Shown: positions 44,837 through 52,455 of the stretch, one piece after another
Layout of the letters: each line of letters begins with the position of its first letter
How positions within the stretch are numbered: the stretch's first letter is position 1
From: a virus
Lineage: Duplodnaviria > Caudoviricetes
Length of the DNA: 52,455 nt
IMG/VR virus record: IMGVR_UViG_3300037962_000290
Location: 1-52,455 of that record
Strand: one strand, 5' to 3'
Position numbers and translations under genes: made by a program
Notes under the pieces: model-generated
Told to the model about the DNA's origin: nothing
The model's input: only the letters and a program-made list of their open reading frames with translations
Database searches by the model: none

Positions 44837-45125
44837 AATAACACCTGCAGGTATGCCTAGTTTAGGCCTTATAGAGGCTAAAACATCTAGTCACGGTGGA
44901 CATCCTCCTGAGTTTTGGGCAGAAAGATTAACAGAAAAAATAGTAAGCGGTAGCGATAGCGAAGATCCTTACATACAGGAGCAAGCTAAGGCATATAAAG
45001 ATTTGATTTACAAGGTTTGTTTGATTTATATAAAAAATGCGTTAAAATCCTATAAAGCTACTCTGATACAAGATTTTATAAAACAAGGAGACGCAGAGTT
45101 AGCAGATATTATAAAAAGGATTTAA
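44829..45125 (+). CDS. Conserved hypothetical protein
   Basis: GGHPPEFWAE...IQEQAKAYK. Confidence 0.7.
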   Translation: MNKITPAGMPSLGLIEAKTSSHGGHPPEFWAERLTEKIVSGSDSEDPYIQEQAKAYKDLIYKVCLIYIKNALKSYKATLIQDFIKQGDAELADIIKRI

Positions 45126-45126
45126 T

Positions 45127-45555
45127 ATGGCTATTACATCAACATTAACCACTAGCTTTAAAAAAGAACTACTTGAAGCTGTGCATAACTTTAAAAACTC
45201 AGGCGGAGATACTTTTAAATTAGCTTTATATACAAGCTCTGCTACTTTAGGTGCAACGACTACAGCTTTTACCACAACAGGTCAAGCAAGTGGTACTAAT
45301 TACACATCTGGTGGTAGTAATTTGACTAGAGTAGATCCTACTTCAAGTGGCACTACAGGATTTACTGATTTTGCTGATTTAACTTTTGGTACAGCTACAA
45401 TTACGGCTAGAGGTTGTATGATTTACAACTCCTCGGATAGTAATAAGTCAGTAGCTACAATCGACTTTGGTGGTGATAAAACTTCAACCGCAGGTGATTT
45501 TACAATAGTTTTTCCAGCCGCAGCAGCAAGTACAGCTATTATAAGAATAGCCTAG
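45127..45555 (+). CDS. Virion structural (tail-associated) protein
   Basis: MAITS..TTSFKKELL, DTFKLALYTS, DFGGDKTST.GDFTI.FP. Confidence 0.7.
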   Translation: MAITSTLTTSFKKELLEAVHNFKNSGGDTFKLALYTSSATLGATTTAFTTTGQASGTNYTSGGSNLTRVDPTSSGTTGFTDFADLTFGTATITARGCMIYNSSDSNKSVATIDFGGDKTSTAGDFTIVFPAAAASTAIIRIA

Positions 45556-45559
45556 CCTT

Positions 45560-46321
45560 ATGGCTAACATAACTGGTTGGGGTCGAGGCACCTGGGGTGA
45601 AGGTACTTGGGGCGAACCTATACCAGTTAGTTTATCTGGATTAGCTGCTACAAGTGCTTTAGGCACAATATCAGTAGTAGCAAAAGCTAATGTAACTCCC
45701 TCCTCTCAAGTTGGCACTACAGCAGTAGGAACTCCTACTTTTGATTGTGAAGCTAATCTAACTCTTACAGGACAAACATCTACATCTGCTCTTGGAACAG
45801 CTACGGTTGTAGCAAAGGCTAATGTTTCGCCTTCTACACAAGTTGGTACAAGTGCTTTAGGATCTCTTACAGTCGTTGCCAAAGCAAATGTGACACCTAG
45901 CTCACAAGTTGGCACATCTGCTATAGGAGGTGTTGGTGTTAATGGAGATGCAGTTGCTAATGCACCTGGAGCCGTAGGGTCTCTTGGTAGTGTTGGCGTA
46001 GACGTTGATGGAGAGGCTAATGTCGTTATATCTGGACTGTCAAGTACATCTGCTGTTGGATCAGTCACGGTTCATCATAATGAAAAATTTAATATTGATG
46101 GTGTAAGTAGCACAGGTAGTGTTGGAACCGTAACTTTTATTGCAAAAGCAAATATAAACATAACTGGGGTTGAAGCTACGGGCTTTGTAACAGATGTATT
46201 AGTTTGGGGTCTAATAGATGATACACAAACGAAAAATTATGCTAATATAAATACTGACCAAAGTTCATCCTTTGCTGAAATTAATGAAACACAAACCCCA
46301 AATTGGGAAGAGGTAGCATAA
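45560..46321 (+). CDS. Tail-fibre-like repeat protein
   Basis: GWGRGTWGEGTWG followed by about 21-aa repeats (VVAKANVTPSSQVGTSALG). Confidence 0.7.
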   Translation: MANITGWGRGTWGEGTWGEPIPVSLSGLAATSALGTISVVAKANVTPSSQVGTTAVGTPTFDCEANLTLTGQTSTSALGTATVVAKANVSPSTQVGTSALGSLTVVAKANVTPSSQVGTSAIGGVGVNGDAVANAPGAVGSLGSVGVDVDGEANVVISGLSSTSAVGSVTVHHNEKFNIDGVSSTGSVGTVTFIAKANINITGVEATGFVTDVLVWGLIDDTQTKNYANINTDQSSSFAEINETQTPNWEEVA

Positions 46322-46324
46322 AAA

Positions 46325-48070
46325 ATGGCAACTTATGTAAATGATTTAAGGTTAAAAGAAATAGCTACAGGTGACGAATCAGGAACCTGGGGCACATCTA
46401 CGAACACAAATTTAGAGCTAATAGCAGAAGCTTTTAGCTTCGGCACAGAGGCGATAACTACTAACGCTGATACTCATACAACCACGATAGCTGATGGATC
46501 TACTGATCCTGGCAGATCAATTTATCTTAAATACACAGGTGCTCTTGATAGTGCTTGTACTATTACCATAGGACCGAACACAGTGTCAAAACTATGGTTC
46601 ATAGAAAATGCAACTACAGATAGTGGATCTTCTGGACCTTATAACATCGTTATTTCTCAAGGTAGTGGTGCTAATGTAACTATACCTAACGGTCATGTGA
46701 AAGCTATATATTCTGATGGTGCTGGTTCTGGTGCAGCTATGGTTGATGCCTTTACTGATTTAAACTTAGCAGGAACTACAACAGTAGATGATTTAACAGT
46801 ATCTGATGATTTGTCAGTTACAGATGATGCAACTATAGGAGGTACATTAGGAGTAACAGGTGCCGTAACAGCCAACGCAGGCGTGTCAATAGATAATATA
46901 ACTATAGACGGAACAGAAATAGATTTATCTTCTGGCGACCTCTCAATAGATGTAGCTGGAAACTTACAAATAGATGCAGATGATAATGGAGAAATTAGAT
47001 TTTTAGATGGTGGTACTCAATATGCAGCAATTAAAAAAGATGGCAATAATGCTCTTTTCCAATCTATTGTAGCTGATGGCGATTTTGTAATACAGGGTAT
47101 TGATGGTTCTTCATTTATATCTGCTCTTACTTTTGATATGTCAGATGCAGGAGCAGCACAATTTAATAGTAATGTGGGTATAGGCACAGCACCAACCTCT
47201 ACATTACATCTTAAAAATAGTAATAGGGACCTAAACTTTACACTTGCAGATAGTCCTGCTACAGGAGATGCAGGAGTTCAAATAACAGCAGGTGCTAGTG
47301 ATTTTTTAGGTATTTTTGCTGGTTCTAGTAATGGTGAGTTATTGCTTGGTTCTAATGGTACTGAAAAAGCTCGCATTAATAGTTCAGGCTCTATTGGCGT
47401 GGGGACAACTTCGCCGAGTGGTGGCTCGGTTGGGGGTAAGGTTTTACATCTTGTAAATTCAGGTGCTACAGCATCAGTAAGAGTTGATAGAAGTGATAGC
47501 TCAACTACAGGTACAATATCTTTACTAGATGCTAACTCTACACATGGTTTATTTGGTACTGGTAGTAAACCTATGGCATTTTCTACGGATAGTACAGAAA
47601 GAATGCGTATAGATAGTTCTGGATTTTTGCAAATAGCCACAACTGGTAAAAGTGGGCGAATTAATTTACAACCAAATCCTAGTAATAATCATTTTGTTGA
47701 ATTTTATACTACTGCTGATGGTAAGGTTGGAGAAATCAATACTACAGGTGGTACAACAACAAATTATGTAACAAGTTCAGACTACAGATTAAAAGAAAAT
47801 GTAGACTATACATGGGATGCAACTACAAGATTAAAACAATTAAAACCTGCAAGATTTAATTGGATATCTGATGAAACAAACACATTAGTTGAGGGTTTTT
47901 TAGCTCACGAAGTTTCAGACATAGTTCCAGAAGCTATATCAGGTAAAAAAGATGCAGTTGATGGTCAAGGTAATCCTGAATATCAAGGAATAGATCACAG
48001 CAAACTTGTACCTCTTTTAACTAAAGCTATACAAGAACTAGAAGCAAGAATAACAGCTTTAGAAAGCTAA
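46325..48070 (+). CDS. Tail fibre with C-terminal intramolecular chaperone (peptidase S74)
   Basis: SGTWGTSTN.NL N-terminus; VGIGT and ERMRIDSSG repeats; TSSDYRLKEN, GFLAHEV, KLVPLLTKAIQEL. Confidence 0.92.
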   Translation: MATYVNDLRLKEIATGDESGTWGTSTNTNLELIAEAFSFGTEAITTNADTHTTTIADGSTDPGRSIYLKYTGALDSACTITIGPNTVSKLWFIENATTDSGSSGPYNIVISQGSGANVTIPNGHVKAIYSDGAGSGAAMVDAFTDLNLAGTTTVDDLTVSDDLSVTDDATIGGTLGVTGAVTANAGVSIDNITIDGTEIDLSSGDLSIDVAGNLQIDADDNGEIRFLDGGTQYAAIKKDGNNALFQSIVADGDFVIQGIDGSSFISALTFDMSDAGAAQFNSNVGIGTAPTSTLHLKNSNRDLNFTLADSPATGDAGVQITAGASDFLGIFAGSSNGELLLGSNGTEKARINSSGSIGVGTTSPSGGSVGGKVLHLVNSGATASVRVDRSDSSTTGTISLLDANSTHGLFGTGSKPMAFSTDSTERMRIDSSGFLQIATTGKSGRINLQPNPSNNHFVEFYTTADGKVGEINTTGGTTTNYVTSSDYRLKENVDYTWDATTRLKQLKPARFNWISDETNTLVEGFLAHEVSDIVPEAISGKKDAVDGQGNPEYQGIDHSKLVPLLTKAIQELEARITALES

Positions 48071-48088
48071 TTAAAAAGGAGAATAAAT

Positions 48089-48436
48089 ATGGCAATAGGA
48101 TATACTTGGGATTGTAAAAAATGTGATACATATCCCTCTAAAAGTAGTAAATCTAATGTAGTGCATAACGTACATTGGAGGCTTACTGCAACAGACGATA
48201 ATAATAAAGATAGTGACGGTAACAACTGGACAGCATCTTGTTATGGTACACAATCATTAGACACATCTGACTTATCTAGTTTTATAAACTGGTCTAGTCT
48301 AAAAGAGAGTGACGTACAAAGTTGGGTAGAAACAGCTATGGGTTCAGATACTGTTACTGCTATGAAAGCATCATTAGATGCAAATATAGCTAAAAAAATT
48401 ACACCAACTTCTGTAACAAAAACATTAAGCTCTTAA
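48089..48436 (+). CDS. Tail-fibre-associated protein
   Basis: NVVHNVHWRLTATD; AAGGAG RBS; follows the fibre gene. Confidence 0.65.
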   Translation: MAIGYTWDCKKCDTYPSKSSKSNVVHNVHWRLTATDDNNKDSDGNNWTASCYGTQSLDTSDLSSFINWSSLKESDVQSWVETAMGSDTVTAMKASLDANIAKKITPTSVTKTLSS

Positions 48437-48437
48437 T

Positions 48438-48686
48438 ATGGCTACGCAAGAACCAGTAGTAATGATTGATGATAAAGAGGTCAAAGTAAGTGAGCTTACA
48501 AACGAACAACAATATTTTCATAGTCAAATACTAGATTTAACCAATAAACAAAAACGCATACAGTTTGAACTTGACCAAATTAACGCCAGTTTAAGTGTGT
48601 TTCAAAACGCATTTATAGAGTCTGCTAAACAAAAAGCAGATGAAGTCTTAAATAATCCAGAGGAGGATCAAAATGACAATACTTAA
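48438..48686 (+). CDS. Small coiled-coil protein
   Basis: IDDKE...ELTNEQ; coupled in the operon. Confidence 0.65.
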   Translation: MATQEPVVMIDDKEVKVSELTNEQQYFHSQILDLTNKQKRIQFELDQINASLSVFQNAFIESAKQKADEVLNNPEEDQNDNT

Positions 48687-48837
48687 TATATTAATGTGGG
48701 TAACTGCAATTATATCTATAGCTTCAGTTATAGCAGCAATAACACCTACACCTAAAGATGATCATTGGTTTAGTTACTTATACAAAGTAATTGATTGGTG
48801 TGCGTTAAATGTTTTAAAAGCAAAGGATAAAGGATGA
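48673..48837 (+). CDS. Small membrane protein, holin-like (54 aa, not in ORF track)
   Basis: GGAGG RBS; TM segment followed by TPTPKDD. Confidence 0.65.
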   Translation: MTILNILMWVTAIISIASVIAAITPTPKDDHWFSYLYKVIDWCALNVLKAKDKG

Positions 48838-48995
48838 GTTGGTTAGAAAAAATGTGGAGCAAAGTTACTGGTACTGAAAAAGTAAAAGTAAGAGCTAGAA
48901 ACAAAAAAGGACATTATGTGGCTGACGATAAATCTACACCTGATGTTAACGAAGCCTGGACTACTAAAAGAGTTAAAAAATCTAAAGAGTCATAA
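48834..48995 (+). CDS. Small basic protein (53 aa, not in ORF track)
   Basis: ATGA and TAATG coupling on both sides; RARNKKGHYVADDKSTPDVNEAW. Confidence 0.7.
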   Translation: MSWLEKMWSKVTGTEKVKVRARNKKGHYVADDKSTPDVNEAWTTKRVKKSKES

Positions 48996-49375
48996 TGGCT
49001 AAGTCACCTGATGCGTTTGTTTACAACGCTACATTAGAACGGATTGTAGATGGAGACACATTTGATTGTTGTCTTGATCTTGGTTTCGATGTGAAGTTAC
49101 ATAAACAACGTGTCAGACTTGCAGGTATAGACACACCCGAAAGCAGGACTAGAGATCTTGCAGAAAAGAAACTAGGGCTAGCTGCAAAAGCAAGACTAAA
49201 AGAACTATGTATTGGTAATTTTAAGGTCAAATCGTTAGGTAAAGGCAAGTACGGTCGTATTTTAGGCATACCTTATACAGAAGACGGTAGAGATATATGC
49301 CAAGTGCTTATTAAAGAAGGTCATGCTGTAGAATATGACGGAGGCAAAAAGAAAAAAGTTTGGGGTGACTACTAA
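48995..49375 (+). CDS. Staphylococcal nuclease (SNase/thermonuclease)-like protein
   Basis: IVDGDT, VRLAGIDTPES, GKYGRILG, EGHA. Confidence 0.9.
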   Translation: MAKSPDAFVYNATLERIVDGDTFDCCLDLGFDVKLHKQRVRLAGIDTPESRTRDLAEKKLGLAAKARLKELCIGNFKVKSLGKGKYGRILGIPYTEDGRDICQVLIKEGHAVEYDGGKKKKVWGDY

Positions 49376-49725
49376 TGGAGTCAGCCGTAACTTTAATACA
49401 AGAGGTTGGTTTTCCTATTGCCGCAGCACTTGGACTTGGTTGGTTTATTTATAAACTTATTATGCGTATTGTTGACGGTATGGAAACTAAACTTGATACC
49501 GTGGATGAAAAAGTAGAAAGTCAAATAGCTGCAATAGAAGAAAGGCTTGGTACAAAACTTGATTCACAACACGGTATTTTGGTAGCATTAATAGACAGAG
49601 TGCGTAGTTTAGACAACGAAATAATACGACAAGACACTTTAATTAAAACTATATTAGGAGTGCCTAATTTAATAGACAGTGGAAAAATAGCTAAGGCAGG
49701 TAGAGATGACCAACGAAAAGACTGA
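49375..49725 (+). CDS. Membrane-anchored coiled-coil protein preceding csgF
   Basis: GFPIAAALGLGWFIY TM segment; LIDRVRSLDNEIIR. Confidence 0.7.
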   Translation: MESAVTLIQEVGFPIAAALGLGWFIYKLIMRIVDGMETKLDTVDEKVESQIAAIEERLGTKLDSQHGILVALIDRVRSLDNEIIRQDTLIKTILGVPNLIDSGKIAKAGRDDQRKD

Positions 49726-50191
49726 AAATATTTGGATATATAGAATTGCATTTGCTTTAGGTATTTTCTTTTTTCTTGCAATTTTAACTAATCCTTTATG
49801 GTCTGATACTATTACACATAAATTTAAGTCACCAAGTTTTAACGGTGTAGGAACATCTAGTCATTACCTCACAATAGAAAATCAACAATACACTCGTAAG
49901 CTTACGATCAAAGAAGAAATAAAAGCATTACAAGATGAAATTAAGAGAGAAAAAGAAAACTCTACTCTTGCAAGGTTTATGCGTAATCTTGAGTCTAGGG
50001 TTTACGCAGAATTATCAAGACAGTTAGTAAATAACTTATTCGGAGAAACACCGCAAAGCGAAGGTGTCATCACTTTAGAAGGCAATACTATTGAATACAC
50101 AAGTGATGGTGTAACTTTAACCCTTAAAATTACTGAGGCGGATGGAACAATTACCGAAATCGTTATACCTATTGGCACTTTTACTTTCTAG
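49706..50191 (+). CDS. csgF: Curli assembly protein CsgF-like
   Basis: Signal peptide, then HKFKSPSFNG (cf. CsgF FxNPxFGG), F...LESRVYAELS..L, and terminal TEIVIP; upstream of csgG. Confidence 0.8.
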   Translation: MTNEKTENIWIYRIAFALGIFFFLAILTNPLWSDTITHKFKSPSFNGVGTSSHYLTIENQQYTRKLTIKEEIKALQDEIKREKENSTLARFMRNLESRVYAELSRQLVNNLFGETPQSEGVITLEGNTIEYTSDGVTLTLKITEADGTITEIVIPIGTFTF

Positions 50192-51041
50192 TTGTTCTAC
50201 ATTTGATCAACTGGAAGATACATACGAACAAAGGTTTTCCAAAGACGTAGCAACAATTCAAGACCTACAATCAGCAGAACTTAAAAATGTTGCCATACCA
50301 GAGGTTAGTCCTGTAGTTGCTGTGTATCCTACATCATTTACAGATCAAACAGGACAGCGTAAAAGCAATAGCGAGTTTGCTTTATTTAGCACAGCCATAA
50401 CACAACAACCAAACGCCTTACTTATTAGAGCTTTAAAACACGCAGGAGACGGCAAGTTTTTTAGGGTTGTAGAAAGGGTGGGATTAGACAACTTAACAAA
50501 AGAAAGACAGCTTATTAGATCAGCACGAGAGCAATCAACTAACGAAGAAGAAAAAAAGAAAGCACTAAGACCTTTGTTGTTCGCAGGTATTTTAATAGAG
50601 GGTGCTGTTATATCTTACGAGGCAAACCTTGAAAGCGGTGGAGCAGGAGCTAGGTACCTGGGCATAGGCAAAAGTGTTATGTATAGAGAGGATAACATAA
50701 CAATTAGTATGCGTATGGTATCTGTTGCCACAGGAGAGGTATTGTTAGAGGTACTAAGTCAAAAAACAATATTTAGTTATGGCAAGTCTGAAGATGTATT
50801 TAGGTTTGTTGAAGCTGAAAGCGAGCTAGTAGAAATAGAACTAGGCAACGCAAGAAATGAGTCATCAACCATAGCTTTAATGAAAGCTATAGAAGGAGGT
50901 GTGCTAGAAATCATAAATACTGGTTATGATCGTGGTTTCTGGATTTTACAAAATAATAACCAAGGAGTAGAATTAAATAATGAAATTAAAATTGATAAGC
51001 CTAATTGTGATGCTGACTGCGTTGACGACATACGCGGCTGA
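50142..51041 (+). CDS. csgG: Curli secretion channel CsgG (outer-membrane lipoprotein)
   Basis: Lipobox LLLSSC; F.DQTGQRK, STAITQ, FRVVERVGLDNLTKERQLIRS, LLFAG.LIEG, SGGAGARYLGIG, VATGEVL. Confidence 0.93.
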   Translation: MEQLPKSLYLLALLLSSCSTFDQLEDTYEQRFSKDVATIQDLQSAELKNVAIPEVSPVVAVYPTSFTDQTGQRKSNSEFALFSTAITQQPNALLIRALKHAGDGKFFRVVERVGLDNLTKERQLIRSAREQSTNEEEKKKALRPLLFAGILIEGAVISYEANLESGGAGARYLGIGKSVMYREDNITISMRMVSVATGEVLLEVLSQKTIFSYGKSEDVFRFVEAESELVEIELGNARNESSTIALMKAIEGGVLEIINTGYDRGFWILQNNNQGVELNNEIKIDKPNCDADCVDDIRG

Positions 51042-51708
51042 CAACGAGATATATGTAGATCAATCTGGTACTGGAGCTAATATAGACCTAGAACAACTAG
51101 GTATTTCTAATATTATAGGTGGATTAAATTCAACTGCTGGAGATCTAAATCCTTTTGATTTAGATGGTAATAGCATGACACTTGATATAAACATGATTGG
51201 TGCAACCAATAAATTTCTTGGTGATATATTTGCTGATAACTTTACTGGGTTTTATGAGTTTGATGGCGGTACTAATACCTTTACTATTCAAGTTGACCCT
51301 ACAGATACCTATAGTGCTGATGGATCAAACCAATATGTAGATGTGACAGGTAGTGGTAATACTTTTACTTTAAATCAAGGCACTACAGCATTAGCAGCTT
51401 CTCTTGATTTAGACTGGATAATAAACGGTTCTAATAACACAGTAACATCAAACATTAATATAGATGGTGCTACTAATTATATGGATATAGACGGCTCTGA
51501 TAATACAGTTACTTATACAGGTACAGGAGTTACAGCCTCAGCAGGTGGATATTTCTATCTTGATCACACAGGTGGCTCAAGAACTTTTAATATTTCACAA
51601 CTAAGCACCCAAGATAATGACTGGCTTAAAATTATATCCGTTTCTGGCACTGCTGCTTCTACCGTTTGTGTTGTTCAAAACGACCAAGGTACAAGCACAA
51701 GTTGTTGA
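50980..51708 (+). CDS. Secreted curlin-like beta-solenoid protein (CsgA/CsgB-like)
   Basis: Signal peptide; repeats IYVDQSG, IDLEQLGISN, VDVTGSGN, FTLNQG, IINGSNN, IDGSDN; Asn/Gly/Thr/Asp-rich. Confidence 0.7.
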   Translation: MKLKLISLIVMLTALTTYAADNEIYVDQSGTGANIDLEQLGISNIIGGLNSTAGDLNPFDLDGNSMTLDINMIGATNKFLGDIFADNFTGFYEFDGGTNTFTIQVDPTDTYSADGSNQYVDVTGSGNTFTLNQGTTALAASLDLDWIINGSNNTVTSNINIDGATNYMDIDGSDNTVTYTGTGVTASAGGYFYLDHTGGSRTFNISQLSTQDNDWLKIISVSGTAASTVCVVQNDQGTSTSC

Positions 51709-52455
51709 TATTGGAGATATATCTGAACTAAACGGTACGGCTCAAATTGTCAGAGACAGGCCTTATGATGCAAATTTAAAGTTTGCTATTCAAAGTAATG
51801 ATGAAGCCATAACCAAAGATGGCCGTATGGCTATTACTTTTCTTGATGATTCTACCGTAAAACTTACAGAACATAGTCAGTTACTTATTGACGAGTACAT
51901 ATATGATCCAGATCCAAGCAAAGCAAAAATGGCTCTTACCTTTGGCCTTGGTACAGCTAGGTTTATTACAGGCAATTTAAACCGTATAGATAAACAAAAC
52001 ATAACTCTCAAAACACCAACAGCTAACATAGCAATACGTGGCACTGATTTTACGGCTACAGTTGATGAATTAGGGCGTAGCCTTATTATTTTGCTACCAG
52101 ACGCTCTAGGGCTTTCTAGTGGCGAAATAGAGGTAGTTACTGCTATGGGCACCGTTATACTAAACAAACCCTACGAAGCCACTACAGTAAGCGTATTTGA
52201 GTCTGCTCCAACCAAACCTGTAATTTTAGACTTAACACTTGATGTAATAGATAACATGCTTATTGTTACACCACCCAAAGAAGAAATATTAGTAGAAGAA
52301 GAAACCACTACTACGCAAGCAGATAGTGTATTAGATTTTAATGATCTTGATATAGATTATCTTGCGGAAGATTATTTGAAAGAAGATAGTCTTGAGTTTA
52401 CAGAGTTAGATATAAATTATCTTGATGTAAATTACCTAGAAGATTTATTAAACGT
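51617..52455 (+). CDS. FecR-domain periplasmic protein, N-terminal part (not in ORF track; continues across the junction to 548)
   Basis: Manual translation: MTGLKLYPFLALLLLPFVLF...ITFLDDSTVKLTEHSQLLIDEY...GTARFITG...KTPTANIAIRGTDF (FecR signature). Confidence 0.88.
   Translation, partial: MTGLKLYPFLALLLLPFVLFKTTKVQAQVVDIGDISELNGTAQIVRDRPYDANLKFAIQSNDEAITKDGRMAITFLDDSTVKLTEHSQLLIDEYIYDPDPSKAKMALTFGLGTARFITGNLNRIDKQNITLKTPTANIAIRGTDFTATVDELGRSLIILLPDALGLSSGEIEVVTAMGTVILNKPYEATTVSVFESAPTKPVILDLTLDVIDNMLIVTPPKEEILVEEETTTTQADSVLDFNDLDIDYLAEDYLKEDSLEFTELDINYLDVNYLEDLLN
52188..52455. repeat. Terminal direct repeat, right copy
   Basis: Matches 1-268. Confidence 0.95.

Noticed and set aside
46325-48070. 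Diversity-generating retroelement targeting the tail fibre
   Set aside because: No reverse transcriptase or template/variable repeat pair was recognised.
49706-52455. Bacterial chromosomal flank (prophage boundary) explaining the csg/fecR/cyclase genes
   Set aside because: The genes overlap phage genes on both sides, share strand and composition, and the contig closes through them. No att site or integrase was seen.

Overview
Essentially complete, circularly permuted dsDNA tailed-phage genome: bases 1-268 recur at 52188-52455, giving a unit length of about 52,187 bp. It is AT-rich with a podovirus-like gene set, and by recollection the capsid module resembles marine vSAG 37-F6/HTVC023P-type phages (not verified). 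A long + strand late region (26.2 kb through the junction to 13.4 kb) encodes internal virion proteins, terminase, portal, GroES, scaffold, major capsid, tail/fibre, lysis and ejection proteins. The 13.4-26 kb region holds a Prim-Pol/helicase, a Cro-like HTH protein, Sak4/SSB/RecE-like recombination genes, a small terminase subunit and an array of small early genes. No DNA polymerase, integrase, tRNA or CRISPR array was recognised. Stand-out elements: (i) a translationally coupled csgF-csgG-curlin-like-FecR-CHASE2/adenylate cyclase cassette between tail and lysis genes, a candidate phage-encoded trans-envelope signalling system; (ii) a SET-domain lysine methyltransferase amid Lys-rich small proteins, including an 8x KKSKGG repeat protein; (iii) a probable -1 frameshift fusing an internal protein to an ADP-ribosyltransferase-like domain; (iv) hairpins displaying anti-Shine-Dalgarno/anti-AUG loops; (v) a dense GATC cluster at the early/late boundary. 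All family calls come from motif recognition by eye, not database searches.
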